64,000 bases of DNA. It comes from Podarcis melisellensis (Eukaryota). Below, piece by piece: positions 12,821 to 25,712 of this stretch. A program made the position numbers and the translations under genes. Where the stretch lies: the NCBI GenBank assembly GCA_964234715.1, contig OZ174286.1. One strand, written 5' to 3'. The notes beneath the pieces were generated by a model. That model saw only the letters and a program-made list of their open reading frames with translations, had not been told where the DNA came from and ran no database searches. The stretch's first letter is position 1; the number at the start of each line of letters is the position of its first letter.

Positions 12821-14879
12821 TAGTACATACTGGCACACAAGGTATAAATGTTGTATGCAAGATACCTGATGTGGATGAACAAGTGAAAATCACACATTTG
12901 CTGTGTGGGTTTGACAAATTTGTGACAAAGTTGCAAGATTTGCAGCTTCTGTCCAAAAACTGTAAATGTTCATTGAGGATAATAGGATGGACTGTAAAGA
13001 TTTAACTGGAAATGAAATATAAAAACCTATTTGTATGTTTGTATTTTAATATAGCTAGATAGCTAGAGAAATAGATACAGATACATTGATATTGCATTTT
13101 AATTTTGTATTTATGTATATAGTCTATAGGATGTACATTCTTTCTTGATGGTTGATATGACCATGATTGTTGGAACAACAACAAACATTAAATGTTGGTG
13201 TTCTGACCAAGGCAGGTTTTTAAAAATGATCTGGCAAGTGAGCCTTCAGATCATGAGGCCTTGGACTGTTCTTACCTCTCATGACAGTTCAAGGCCGCAC
13301 AATTTGAAGGCTCACTAGCCGGATTATACCATGTGTACCCATTAGATCGAACACTATATTATTCACTTATATGGCACACTCAAAGTCCCATTGAGTGTTA
13401 TCATTTATAGCTCTAACTGGTGATGCTACTTTGCAATTTGCTCATGATAACATTTGGTTTATTATCTGTTGAGTTATAACTTGCTTTGCCAAGCAGCTTT
13501 CATGAGACCGCCGAGGAAGACCACAGTCAAAACCTGTTTGGGTTTTGTTATAGCTTGTTATTTTGACTGTTCAGTTTATCAGCATTTTTATGTGCTCTGC
13601 AATATTTCATGAGCTGCATTTGTTCAGTTTGTTGATACTGTATTAGGTTTATTTATACTATTCAATGTTGGATTATTATTATTATTTGTTTCGGATACAA
13701 ATAAAGATGCCCATGGTTTCTTTTTAATTGGTACTATGCTTGATTAAAACATACAGAATACACATAGTCTTTTAATCCCAATTTTCTTCACTAAGCCCTG
13801 CATCCAAGGAAAGGTGTTTATTAGCCTATGCTGTGGCTGAGTGTCTTGCACTCTGATTTGCAACGCTATCCTGGATCACCACCCCTAGAGAGATCACTTA
13901 AGGCAAAACAAGCTTGAGATAGGAGATGCACTGCAACACGATGTTTTCAAAGTAATTAGCTCTGAACAAATCATGTCGATGGGACACGTATCACAAGCAA
14001 GAAGTCCAGTGAAATTCTCCTGACAATGGAAAAAAATGCAAGCCAGTATCAGAAGGAATGCATGCTTTCTGTGGAAAAGGTTCCAAGTTCATTCCAGTCA
14101 AAAGGATTGGGTACGAGATAGTATGAAATACCTCTGCTTTGGGACCCCTGGCCACCCCTGCCAGTGCTTATTTTCAAAAATGGAAGTACTGTAGTATCAG
14201 CAACAGTAACCTGAGTGAAGGCAACCATAGAATTACTGTGAATTTCTTGTTCCTCTCTTGTTTGTGTGACCTTGATGCTTGGCAGTAAAATTACACAGTC
14301 AATCACCAAAGTACTATAAATCACTTTGTCTCTTGCCCTTTCTGTCTTGTGAAAACTTATTTACTGCCTTTTGAAATTTCAGATTTAGAAAATGCTCTTT
14401 AATTTAAAAGTATCCTGGGCTGCAAAAGTTGTGGGGAAATGCAAGTATGAAAGCCGAACATATTGAGACACTTGTGCATATATTAGCACTGATCCTGCAC
14501 CTCTGCAGACGTCTGTTAAGCTGTATAGGCAAGGAACGCAACTACATACATAATGTACTCCTACTAATCCTGGCTCCAAATCTACCTCTCTCCATGAAGC
14601 AATTTTTTTTGCGGATACATGGCCATTAGGTAAAGCAAAAATTATGACAAAATATTTGAGTATAATTTCATTATCATCATATATACCAAATGTGAACTCA
14701 GTTTTCAAGTGCTGGTCTTTCTGTATCCAAAACAGCACCCCATCTACATGCAAGTGGAAAATACTGGCAGGCTTGGGGGAACTCAAATGGTATTTTGTGG
14801 AAATGCCAACGAAATATTCAGAGGTAGGTAGACTCACAAGGGAAACCCCTTCCAAAACAGTCCAAAGAGGACTCAGCAT

Positions 14880-15139
14880 TAGAGCTGGGCAATATCTGGT
14901 TTTCAATGTCATGCTATATCACCAGCTAAACATCTCAATATACTGATTTATCACAATATCTGAAATAAGGATGGAGCTATGTAGAGGCATTGGCTGGCTT
15001 CAAATTTTTCCGATGTCATGATTTTTGGATAACACACACACAATTCATGATATTGCCAGGTCAAAAATTATGAAACCGTTATGAAGATATGGACTTTAAG
15101 CTGGTTTGAGATGATATATTGATATATCACCCAAATCTA
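14880..15139. mobile_element. Old hAT-like MITE (TAGRGCTGGGC TIR)
   Basis: TAGAGCTGGGCAATAT...ATATCACCCAAATCTA; partial inverted sibling at ~18055-18166. Confidence 0.6.
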
Positions 15140-15714
15140 CACTTAGCATGCCAGTAGACACAGACTACTGACTGCTTGGTGGGGGAGAGAGGAAAAACCA
15201 CATGGGGGGGGGGGAATGGCATGGACTATCCTTACAGAGGGCAGGGCCGGACAGAAGCAAACCACCTTGAAACACTTCATTTCCAAAAATATTAAATGTA
15301 AACTTCCATGTCAATGTGTGATTCCTTTACAGACCCACATGCAACAAATGACAGGTACAGTCCCTGCATCTTCAATCTCTTCCAACCACACAGCTTGAAA
15401 AAAGGACTGTGTACGAAGCCCAGGAGAGTTGCTACCACTCACTGTAGCCAATGCTGGATCAATGGCAGCTTCTCATGTGCCTTACCGTTTCTATGGAAAC
15501 TTCTTCAGAAGATCCAAAACTGCCACAAAACTTTTTCCTATTATTTAAGAGCCCTTACTTGTATCCTTGATGCAAATATGGTTCAGCCCTGTATTATTGC
15601 TTCCAATGCCGTTATATTAGATAATAATATAGGAGTAGCTTACCAGCAAGAAAAGGTAACACTGAAATTAATGCAAATACAACCATCCTTTCCTTTACAG
15701 TTGGATGGATATGT

Positions 15715-16680
15715 TGTTGCTGTTGGCATCTGTCTGTCTTGGGAGACAATAGTGCGCCTTCATGGGTGAAGCAGTCGAACTGTTGGAAGGTTACAGCTCC
15801 TCCATGGCTGTAAAGACCGATACAGGAGAGACACCTTTTGTTGCAGCTGGGCCAAATGAATGCGTCCGGTTGTGCTGCTGCAGATGCACCATGGTGCTTC
15901 TTCTCTCTGTGCTCCTCCCACCAGTCATTCATCCTCTGGTCACTACTATGGATGAACAGCCTGACTCAACACAGTGCGGTTGATGTTGCCAGCCTTCATG
16001 TCATGTTTGCAGACGTCTTTGTAACAGAGTTGGCCTGCCAACGGGCCTGGTGCCTGAAGCCAGCTCCCCACAGAGCATGTCCTTGGAGATCCCACCTTCT
16101 CCCATTCTGTGTACATGACCAAGCAAGACGTCGCTGAGGCAGGAGTGTGAACATGCTGGGAATGTGGGCAAGAGAGAGCACATCTTTGTTTCAGACTCTG
16201 TCCTGCCATGTGATGCCCAAAGACTTTCTGACACAGCACATGCAGAAGGCGTTGAGGCGTCGCTCTACTACCATAAAGCAGCATGCTCAAGCCTGGTAGA
16301 ACTTCATCTTGGTATTGGACATTAGCATCACATTCTCCCATACTCTTTTGGAGAGGTGAGTCATTGCCATAGCTGCCTTGCCAATATGCTTGTCCAGCTC
16401 AGCATCAATGGAGAGGCTGCTGGTTATGGTGGAACTCAGGTAGACAAAATTGTCTTACCACATCAAGTGTATGATCACCAATGCTGATGTGTGAAATGCT
16501 GGCGATGTCCTGATCTCTGCCAGGCTGATGGTAAGACTGAACGCCCTGAAGGCTTGGGCAAAACGGTTCATGAGTCTTTGTAGCGCTTCCTCAGAGTGTG
16601 CTGTCAAGGCTGAGTCTGCAGACAACATCTCTCATATAAGGACCTGCCCCATTTTTGTCTTAGAGTAGAGATGTGTCGTT
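15715..16680 (-). mobile_element. RTE-clade LINE, 5'-truncated and decayed
   Basis: Minus-strand fragments ALTAHSEEALQRLMNRFAQA, LGHVHRM..GISKDMLCGELASGTRPVGRP, YKDVCKHDMK and C-terminal CNKRCLSCIGLYSH; frameshifted. Confidence 0.85.
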
Positions 16681-16892
16681 AATGTAAATAAGGTTCAGTC
16701 TTTGTACTGCTTAGCATAGACCCATCACTGTCATGGATCCTGAAGACAGTGCAATGATTTTCTATACACATCTCTTTAGGATGCTGCATGGATAGTATTT
16801 TTACAATGCAGTCCTATGCATATTTACTCTGAAGTAAGTCCAACTGAGCTGATTTTCTTGTGTGTCCAGGATCTCAGCCTTAATCAGAACAT

Positions 16893-17097
16893 CAGAAAGA
16901 ACTTTATGCCAGTAAGTGCTGTTCAACAGTGGGATAGATTCCCATGAGAGGTGGTGGCCTCTCCTTCCTTGGAGGGTTTTAAGCAGAGGCTGGGTGGCCG
17001 TCTGTCATGTATGATCCAGTTTAGATTCCTGCAATGCAGGGGGTTGGACTAGATGACCCCTGGGGTCCCTTCCAACTACAATTCTATGATTCTATGA
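16893..17097 (+). mobile_element. CR1 LINE 3' end
   Basis: GGTTGGACTAGATGACCC...CCCTTCCAAC...ATTCTATGATTCTATGA tail. Confidence 0.9.
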
Positions 17098-18184
17098 AAA
17101 AGGACATCAAGTCCAAATACAGAATAAATGCAACTTCACGTATTTAACCCATTAAGAATAAAAGATGTATGATCTGTAGCTAATGCCCAGTTTTGATTGA
17201 TCTTTTCTTGAAAACAAGAAAAACAATGATTCTTGTTTATGCCTCTTTTATAAAGTGCATTCATACTCTAATGGATTTTAATGTTACAGCAAAGTACACT
17301 CCATACTTTGGCGCTTAAAACAGACTTTGGGAATCATTTGCCAAAGAGGGGTTATTAAATTTGGACTAGTACGTTTAAAGACATATCAAGGTTCTATGCT
17401 GTCACTTATATCAGAGCACCTAAGAGTCAAGTAATAAGTGATATAAGAACAAAGGCAAGAGCACCATTAGAACCAAACTGAAATCAAGAGGACTGTGGGA
17501 AATGTAGTTGGTGGGCCTGGTTGCTTTGGGAAATGGGGTGCCTTTCCTTCTCCACCAGCCCTTTGCAGTGAAAACAAAGCCATCATCTTCCCTTAAGAAT
17601 GCAAGGAGAGCCTCCTGTTCTCACAGTAGCCAACCAGACGGCTGTCAAAAACACATAAGCAGGATTCAAGCACAAGACTCTCCCCTCCTGTAACTTCCAG
17701 CAACTGGTATCAAGAAGCACGGTTGCCTTCCTCGCCATTATCAATGCAATCACATTCACAACAGCACCCGCAACTGCAGGCACCCAAGTCACCACATCAC
17801 TCCCAGGAGAGACGCGTGGCTCAGGCATGGTAAGTGCCACCCCCCTCAGTGTGGTGCCCAGTGTCCCCCCCCCCCCGCTACTCCTCTGATGGCACCAATA
17901 CAGATCACGGATGAAAACCTCAAACTGTCCCAGAAAAATGACCAAACTTTTAGGCAGAGAACTTTTCAGCCAGTCCTTGTACTACTTAGGATAGACCCAT
18001 TACTGTTGTGGATCCTGAGGGCAATACAGTTATTTTCTAGCCTGGCTCTACTGTTCGCTTCTACATAGTTCCATCCTTATTTCAGACATTGTGATATACT
18101 GATACACTGTGATGTTTAGCTGGTGATATATCGCAGTGTTGAAAACCAGGTATCACTGAGCCGTACCACGTACACATCCACATC

Positions 18185-18185
<1 letters not shown>

Positions 18186-18232
<47 letters not shown>

Positions 18233-18435
18233 AAGAGAAAAAGAAAAAGAGAGAGAGGTGGAATCTACACACATATAAAAACGCTGTGAAAATGCTTTTT
18301 TAAAAAACGTTTTGAAAAATATATCGAATTTGCCATAGCTCACCATCACCATCTAGTGTCACATTTGTATATTGCACTTTACAGCACACTTAAAACGTTT
18401 TATTTGTAACTGTATAGCTGAGTCCAGAGAGAGAC

Positions 18436-18482
<47 letters not shown>
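18186..18482. repeat. (CA)n(GA)n and (GA)n microsatellites
   Basis: Runs at ~18186-18256 and ~18439-18482. Confidence 0.9.
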
Positions 18483-18486
<4 letters not shown>

Positions 18487-20849
18487 AACAGTAGTGGACA
18501 CAATGGGGAATGAGCTGGAGCCCTGAAACAACTAACTAGTCCAGGATGTGAGGAAGAAGAGTTTCCAATTGCAGCAAAGAGCGCAAATTTCTAATGTGGG
18601 AGCACCAATGCTGCTATAATGCAATTTTAGGCTCTGCACTTAAGGCCTTCTGGTGACATGCTCCTCTGTAGGGGGCAACATACTGCATGGGGGGGGGGCT
18701 TACCGAACTGCTGCTGACTGGGGCCCTGGATTTCTGCCTCAAAGTCCTTTCCTGACACCACCAATGGGACCACTTATCTCTACAGATGGACACAGGTGTT
18801 ATGCACAGGAACACAGGTGCAGTCCTTACCCAACTTCTGTTCAACCTTGTTATCTGTTTAACAGACTGCAGCCTGTATCACGAGGAACAAAATTTGGTCT
18901 CTGGGAATTTATCTAAACACCATCACAAGCATTCTTCTTCAAACATAGCTCTGTGGAAGTGAAAAGCTTACATCTTTGCATCAGCAGATAGTGTTCTTAG
19001 AAAAGGTACTACTGCCAACTTTAAATGTTATGGGGGAAGGGCAAAGAGATGTGAGGAGATAAACCCAAAAATTTGTATACAGTTTTTGTAGATTTGCCGT
19101 CCACCATAATCAATAAACACAAAGGTATGTTTCAATCTGATTACATTAAAGATTGTGGAGTGGTTTCCCTTTTCCTTTCCCCCATAACACTTCAGCACAT
19201 AAAACGAACATCGTACCCATTTTCCTTACTTTTAATTTATTAAATAGCAGCCAGGAGTTTAAAACAGTAGTATTTCATCCCTCTCACCCTCACACACACA
19301 AAAAACATTATCTAAAGCAACACATTCAAGACCAATATCCAAAAGGTAGATAATGATGTTAAATACAAGCTTTGGCAATAAAACTCCATTTTCCTTTTGC
19401 AAAGTGAACAGATAAAGGCCAGAAGGATGTGAAGTTCCTGATTTAATTTCAATCAGAAGCTGATCAAAATTGGACACATAGCTGCTGCAGGGTAGATCAA
19501 ATTTGCATTCTGGCTGAATTTCATTCCATAAAACGTTCAACCTAATCTAAAACTGGGGCTTTTTGCTTGACTTTCCAAGGAAGAGCCTATTAGTTCTCCA
19601 ACAAATCTGTGTGCATCAAGGATTCTTTTATCCACAGAAATGGGGTTAGCATACAATTTAGCTATTCATTTATGCAAACGATAGTAAACAGAATTATAAA
19701 AGACAGATAATAAAGAGCAAATGAGGTTATTTTGTTTCCCGCTTTATGTTGTCAGACTTCTGAGCATAGTTTAGTGTTTTCTATTCATGACTTTAGAATA
19801 TCAAATTACTCCCTGATGATGTCTCAGATGTGCTTTTGTCTGCAAATGAGAAGGAATAAAATACCAAGGCATTAACGTTAAATTACAATCGTTAATGGTG
19901 TAAATACGAAAATAATTACTGCATCGTATCATCAATTGTTATGTGTTCATTACCTAAGTCCTTGCAAAGCTTTCGCTTTCTTGTTAACAATTATTTTTAC
20001 TTTGTTTTTGGCTGGCTATTTTATGGCTTCCCAGGCACTTTAGCAGCATTCAGCACTTACACAAGCCATTTAATCCTGTTTAAAGCTTCATTTAAAAACT
20101 TCCTCTCGGATACTTCTTAACTGCAGGGGCCACACTTTTCACTTCTGTCCTGATGCTCAGAAGCATAGCACAGGCACTGGGGGAAACAGAGACATTTGTC
20201 ACACAAGATTATCTAAAACCCAGCAAAAGAGCTAAAGTCTCCAAATCTCCTTTTAGCCCTTTCTCGGATGTAGCTCTGCTGCAAAAAAATAAAAAATAAA
20301 AAATCGATCACACTACCGCTTCCACCAGCACAGCATATAGTTTGAGCTCCAGTGCCCACAAGGCAGGGCAACAGCTTCATCCGGTTGCATTTTTATTACC
20401 TCTACTCCCCCTCGCCCTTAAGCAGAAATTGCAACTTTCCCCCCGTAAGCTGCCAAAAGTGAGCTCACATGCACAGAAAACTGGTTTTGCTGATGGCAGC
20501 TAAAAATGCCACTCGCCACAGTTCTTCTCAGCCCGTGACCCTTCCCTCTCGGGTTAACTCTTTTATCATTTTGATGGATTCCGGCTGCTTCACTGCCCAT
20601 TAAGCACCCCTGGCCATTTGCAAACCCACATTTGGGGCGCGCACAAAGAAATGCACCAATGCAAAAATGGATCATCGTCATCGTTATTTAGGGAGAGTTT
20701 TAATAATAAAAATAACAGCAGCAGCAGCAATCTGATGTCATGGTGAAAAGGAGCCACCTGCTCTTGAGCCAACAGCCAAACTTCTAAACAGCACCGCTTC
20801 TGAACTCGTCCCAAATTTTAAACGCACTAACGGAAAAGCACGAGGACTA

Positions 20850-22130
20850 GAAGCCTGGAAAGACTTTTACGCGCGAATGGACTCGCTCCTGCAGCACCTC
20901 TCCACTTTCGAAACATGCAACATCATTTAAACACTTTGAAAGGTTATCGAGATTCATTCCGAAACCAGATGCACAGAACCTCCCTGCTGTCCAAAAAGTC
21001 GCCGGAGCCTGGCAGGGCACTGCCACCTGAACCCGATGCAAACTTTATTCTAGCTAGACCCTTGCGCTGCTGGCACAGAAAGGGGGCGGGGAAAGAGCGA
21101 GGCTCCTTTGCCCCGGGGAAAAGCAGCAGCAGCAGCAGCAGCAGCGCTACGAACCGGCCCTACCACGCCAGGCTTGCAAAAGCAAAGCCGCTCGCCCTTG
21201 CAAGCCACAGCTCCTCACAAAAGCAATGCCAGCAGCTCCCCCTCTCCCAAGCGCAGCTCCAGCCCCGTGGCTAAAGTCGGCCAACTCCTCGGAGTGACTT
21301 TTCGCATGAGTTGGGTGGCTTGCAAGATCGCACCCCTCCGCTGTCCCCCCCCCCCCGCGGCACGCTCGACTGCAGAAGAGACTGGAAAGCAAGCAAGCAA
21401 ACAAACCAACAAAAGGGGGAGGGATGCTTTAAAGCCGAAACAGCGGCCGCGGCAAAAGCAGCCGTATGGGGACCCCGCCGACTGCGCGCATTGCCCGTAC
21501 AGCGCGTCTCCCCTCAAGGATGTGCGATTTGCAGGAGAAAAGTCCTGGGGAGCCGGGATTTTGGGCTTGAGCGCGAAGGCTGATGCACCTGATGGCAGGA
21601 GCAGCCCCCTCCGCCGGCTTCTCGGCTGCTTCGCCCAGCGCCTTGCTTACCCGTGCATACTAGTATGCCATGCAGAGGGATGGAGAGGTAGGAGCACACG
21701 CGACTACAATGGAGACGGCATGAGCACGGCCTTTACCTTGGCGAGGGGTGTGTGTGTGTGTTTGTATCTGTGTGCGCGCGCGCGCTTCTGCTGCCGGGCG
21801 CCTCGGCGATCGCCTCCTGTCAAAGCAGCGCTCGGCGCTTCTTCCCGACCCGGAGGAATAGCAGCGCCCGGTATCCCCGCGCCGCTGCCCGCGCCGGTCC
21901 ACGTGCCGCTCCGCCACGCCCACCGGCGCGCTCTCTCAGCTCCCGATTTGCCTCTCCCGCCGCCGCCGTGGTGCTTTCGGAGCTGCTGCCTTGCAAAGCT
22001 TGGGCAACGCATTTGCAGGCTGGCCCGCGCGACGCAGAGCGGCGTCTCTCTCTCTTTCGGCTTCTGGCCTGCCCACGTTGAAGAAGGAAACATGGGCTGG
22101 GCTGGGGCGGTGGAAAAGGGAAGGTAGGAG
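20850..22130 (-). promoter_or_regulatory. CpG-island promoter of an unidentified minus-strand gene
   Basis: Only long, non-repeat, CpG-dense stretch in the window; E-box CACGTG 21900-21905; Sp/KLF box CCACGCCC ~21914; minus-strand donors inside the island. Confidence 0.8.
21651..21900 (-). other. Candidate first exon (5' end approximate)
   Basis: Donor CGG|GTAAGC after 21651; alternative donor AAG|GTAAAG after 21737. Confidence 0.55.
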
Positions 22131-22441
22131 GCAGTGCCAGCTCCAGGTTTGTTATTCAGAACCCGCCTTTCATTTCAGTGGATCCCAAAAATACAGATGC
22201 TATAACTCCCCTTTTCAAAAGTCACGCATCGTTCCAAAAGAAAACACTTAGCAATAAGATCTGGGAAAACCGAAGAGCAGGTTGCTTGGTTAATTACTGC
22301 GCCGGAATTTCGAAAATGCCCCAGATTTAGAAAAGACACTTTCCACGGCCCCACAGTGGTGCGGTCAGGTATTCTTAGACTGGAGCCAATGGCTTTTCAG
22401 TCACTCCAACCATGGTGATGCATTTTATTTCGCTTCAAAAT

Positions 22442-22743
22442 CAGGGCCGGATTAAGACATTTAGAACCCCTAAGCACTTAAAAGATTTGGGTGCAGCCCG
22501 TGTATATCTAGTTCAAAATATAAACAAGAATAAACAGCAAAATAAAATTTCATTTTTTGATATGAAACCTACAATTGGATGGAAAATAATGTTTATTTTT
22601 GTATATTTGTAACAATTTTATTTTTGTTGAGCTGCACCATATGGCCCATGGTAAATCTGGAAAAGGAAAATTTATGTGGTGCCCCCCTTTCCCTTGATGC
22701 CCTAAGCACATGCTCATTTTGCTTAATGGTTAATCCAGCCCTG
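22442..22743. mobile_element. hAT MITE
   Basis: TIR CAGGGCCGGATTAA / TTAATCCAGCCCTG; perfect 8-bp TSD TTCAAAAT. Confidence 0.9.
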
Positions 22744-22994
22744 TTCAAAATGTAATAAGCCAACTCTGGAGTTTGGGGGGCTGCACTTAATGCCCAAAGC
22801 CCTGCCCCAAGGGCACCACAGTCTCTTCACCGCTGTTATCACCAGCTGCTGCAGCTCTGCATCATTGACACTGCTAGCACCTGTGATGTATGACTTAGCT
22901 GAGATTCCTGCCTCACAGGGGGTTGGACTAGATGACCCTCAGGGTCCCTTTCAACACTTTGATTCTCTGATTTCCAGGCAGAGAGTATTAAGCA

Positions 22995-24250
22995 CATAAG
23001 AAAAGGTCTGCTGGATCCCATCAAAGGATGCCTCTGAGAAGCCCACAGGCAGGATCTGAGCTCAACAGCACTTTCCTCATTTGTGCTCCCCTGTGTACTA
23101 ACTCTGATATTGGAGATATTACACAGACATCATGGCTAATAGAGAGCCTTATCGTCCATGAATTTGTCAAATCCTCATTTGTAGCCATGCAGGTTACATC
23201 ACTACATCTTGTGAGAGTGAATTCCATAGTGCTCTAAATCTTCCCAAATCTTCCAGCATTCCGTTTCATTGAATGACCTGGGTTCCAGTATGAAAATGAG
23301 AAGAACATGTATTTCTGTTCACTTTCTCTCTAGACCATGAATGTTTACTTCACCTTTTTCCATGTTCCCCTTCACTTGCCTTTTTTCTAAACTAAACCTT
23401 TCCTCATAGGGATGTTATCCTAGACCCATGATCATTTTGGTTGGCCTTTTTCTGAATCTTTTCCAGCTCTACAATGTTCTTTCTGAGGTGCAGCAAACAG
23501 AATTGTACACAGTATTCCTAGCGTGGACAAACTATGGATTTGTACAGTGGCATGATATTTGCAGTTTTGTTTTCAGTCACTCTCCTAATTATCCTCAACA
23601 TGGAAATTTCCTTTTTCACAGCCGCTGCATACTGAGTTGACATTTACCTTCATTCCGATCGGACAAATGAAGCCTGGTCACAAACTCAAATCCCTTTTCT
23701 GATCAATCACCAGTGAATAGCATTTGTTATTTGAATTCCCAGAATGCAGAAGTCCTTTGGGAGCTCCACCCAATATTTTTTTTTCTTCCCACCCTGAACA
23801 GCTTGACCACTTCACTGCTCACTCCTACTCTAGGTTATTTATGAACCAAGGCCAATACCCCCCTTGTCACATCCATCCGTTGGGAGAACTCTCAGCTTCC
23901 TTTAGTTACCAGTTACTGACCTGTCCTCTTATCCCATGACTGCTAAGCTTACTCAGGAGTCTTTTATGAGAGACTATTGAAAACTTCTTGAAAGTCACAA
24001 TGTCTACTGGATCTCTCATGCTTACTGACACTGTCAAATAATGCTAAAACAGTTGACAGCACTTATCCCTGCAGAAGCCATGCTGATTATTCTTCAGCAA
24101 TAATTGTTCTTCTATATGCTTGGTAATTCAGTTTTTAATTGTGCGTTCCACCAGTTTTCTCAGAACCAATTATAAGCTAACAGCTCTATCATTTCCTAGA
24201 ACCTCCACATCCTTTTAAAAAAATAATAATTGGTGTTACTTTGGCTATTT
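22995..24250 (-). mobile_element. Old CR1 LINE fragment
   Basis: CATAAGAA-type tail at the left; decayed RT-region motifs (TTTTCTAAACTAAA, ACACAGTATTCC, GAAGCCATGCTGA). Confidence 0.7.
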
Positions 24251-24550
24251 CTTATTTTGCATTGGATTGAACTAATTTGTTCTAGCCCAGCAAAATCTCT
24301 TGACTGGAACTCTTACAGGAATCATTAAAGCAGGAGTCGCCAACATGGTGCAATTAAAATATCATGGACTACTTCTCCCATCATCTCCAGCTAGCATTGC
24401 TAGTAGTCAGGGATGATGAGAGTTTGAGTCTAACAATTTCAGAAAGCACAACTTTGACCACCTTTACATTACAGGCTTTGCCATCTCCCTAGGTTTGACT
24501 GGGCCAGTCCCTGCGGGTCGCTGCACCAGACCATTATTCCTATGTATTTT

Positions 24551-25336
24551 TGTCAGAGCCACCCGTCTGGTCCCAGCTCACAAGAGACCCAACTCCAATC
24601 CGGTTTATTTACAGAAAGTCTTTATTGAAGATCATGGTTGCGTTTACATTCCATCTTTGTGACTCTACGTCTGTAACGTTAGACCGCTGAAGTCCCCTCT
24701 GAATCCGTACCGCCTCGGCACCAATTTAAGAGGCTTGTGCTGGACCACCTCTTCCTCTCCTTCCTTTTCCGCAGGGTCTTTCTGCCCCCCTGGGTTCCCC
24801 CTCGCCGGGACTCGCCCGAGGCTGAATCCTCTGATGCCTCTGCCCCCCTCCTTCTCGCTTTGGGGCCGGGCTCCTCCCCAGGGCTCTCCTCACTTCCGCG
24901 CGCCTCTACATTTGAACTTGGCGCGCGTACGTTGCTTCTGACCTTTCTCTCGACCGCTACACTGCTCCCGGTGCTACTCTCCACCCCCTCCGGCTGAGCG
25001 TCCTGCTCCGATCTCCTTCCCCTGTCTCCTTCTTGCTCTGCTCCCTCTGACACACTGGTAACTCCACCCCCTTCACTCCGTTCCGGCTGAGAAGCCGGCT
25101 CCGGTGTCCAACTCCCACTGGGGCTTCTCCCTTCGCTCCCCTGCTCCTCACTGCTTCCCCCTTGGCCTCCCTTTGGTCTGACCAGGGGGGCTCCCTTTTG
25201 GGAGTCCTCTGACTCACTGGACAGACTCATGGACGACCTTTGGTCATCGTCATCCTCCTCCTCATCTCTCTGGGATTCTTCCCCCTCGCTCTCTGTCTCC
25301 TCCCCCATCTGCTCTTCTCTCCCTGAAACCCTGACA
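24551..25336 (-). mobile_element. Solo LTR (Gypsy-like), 786 bp, young
   Basis: TGTCAG...CTGACA termini; perfect 5-bp TSD ATTTT; AATAAA on the minus strand at 24604-24609 and 24621-24626; CpGs retained. Confidence 0.9.
24679..25308 (-). CDS. Putative LTR-internal ORF (209 aa from ATG): acidic/Ser-rich with a C-terminal basic cluster
   Basis: Open frame MGEETESEGEE...KTLRKRKERKRWSSTSLLNW... covering most of the LTR; translation unproven. Confidence 0.3.
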   Translation of the reverse strand: MGEETESEGEESQRDEEEDDDDQRSSMSLSSESEDSQKGAPLVRPKGGQGGSSEEQGSEGRSPSGSWTPEPASQPERSEGGGVTSVSEGAEQEGDRGRRSEQDAQPEGVESSTGSSVAVERKVRSNVRAPSSNVEARGSEESPGEEPGPKARRRGAEASEDSASGESRRGGTQGGRKTLRKRKERKRWSSTSLLNWCRGGTDSEGTSAV

Positions 25337-25467
25337 ATTTTGTATTTTAAAATAGTAAAGCAAAGCAAAAAAAAAGCACAGTAGGTGCAAGCATCGCCCT
25401 AGTTTTGACAGGTTTCCTAGTTTTGCAACTGTATTTGAACACCATAGTGCACAACTATATCTGGATA

Positions 25468-25712
25468 CGGTTGTAACTTGGTTCTCGAATGCCTTGGTAC
25501 TCGTACGTTTTGGCTCCCGAACACCGAAAACCCAGAAGTGTTCCGGTTTCTGAACGTTCTTTGGAATCTGAACATCTGACGCCCTTCTGCTGCTTCTAAT
25601 TGAGTGCAGGAAGCTCCTGCAGCCAATTGGAAGCTGCGCCTTGGTTTTCTAACGTTTTTGGAAGTCGAAAGACATCCAGAATGGATTACGTTCGAGAACC
25701 AAGGTATGACTG
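25468..25712. mobile_element. Tigger-like MITE
   Basis: Degenerate TIR C.GT.GTA.CTTGGTTCTCGAA with TA flanks; related to 37886-38127. Confidence 0.8.

Noticed and set aside
14385-14912. 175-aa minus-strand ORF
   Set aside because: Starts inside a MITE; no domain or convincing splice boundaries
21108-22127. 339-aa plus-strand ORF and overlapping ORFs
   Set aside because: Non-ATG start, low-complexity Ala/Pro/Arg content, runs through a (TG)n tract; typical stop-codon depletion in a CpG island
20850-22130. Naming the host gene
   Set aside because: No recognisable coding exon in the window, so any symbol would be a guess
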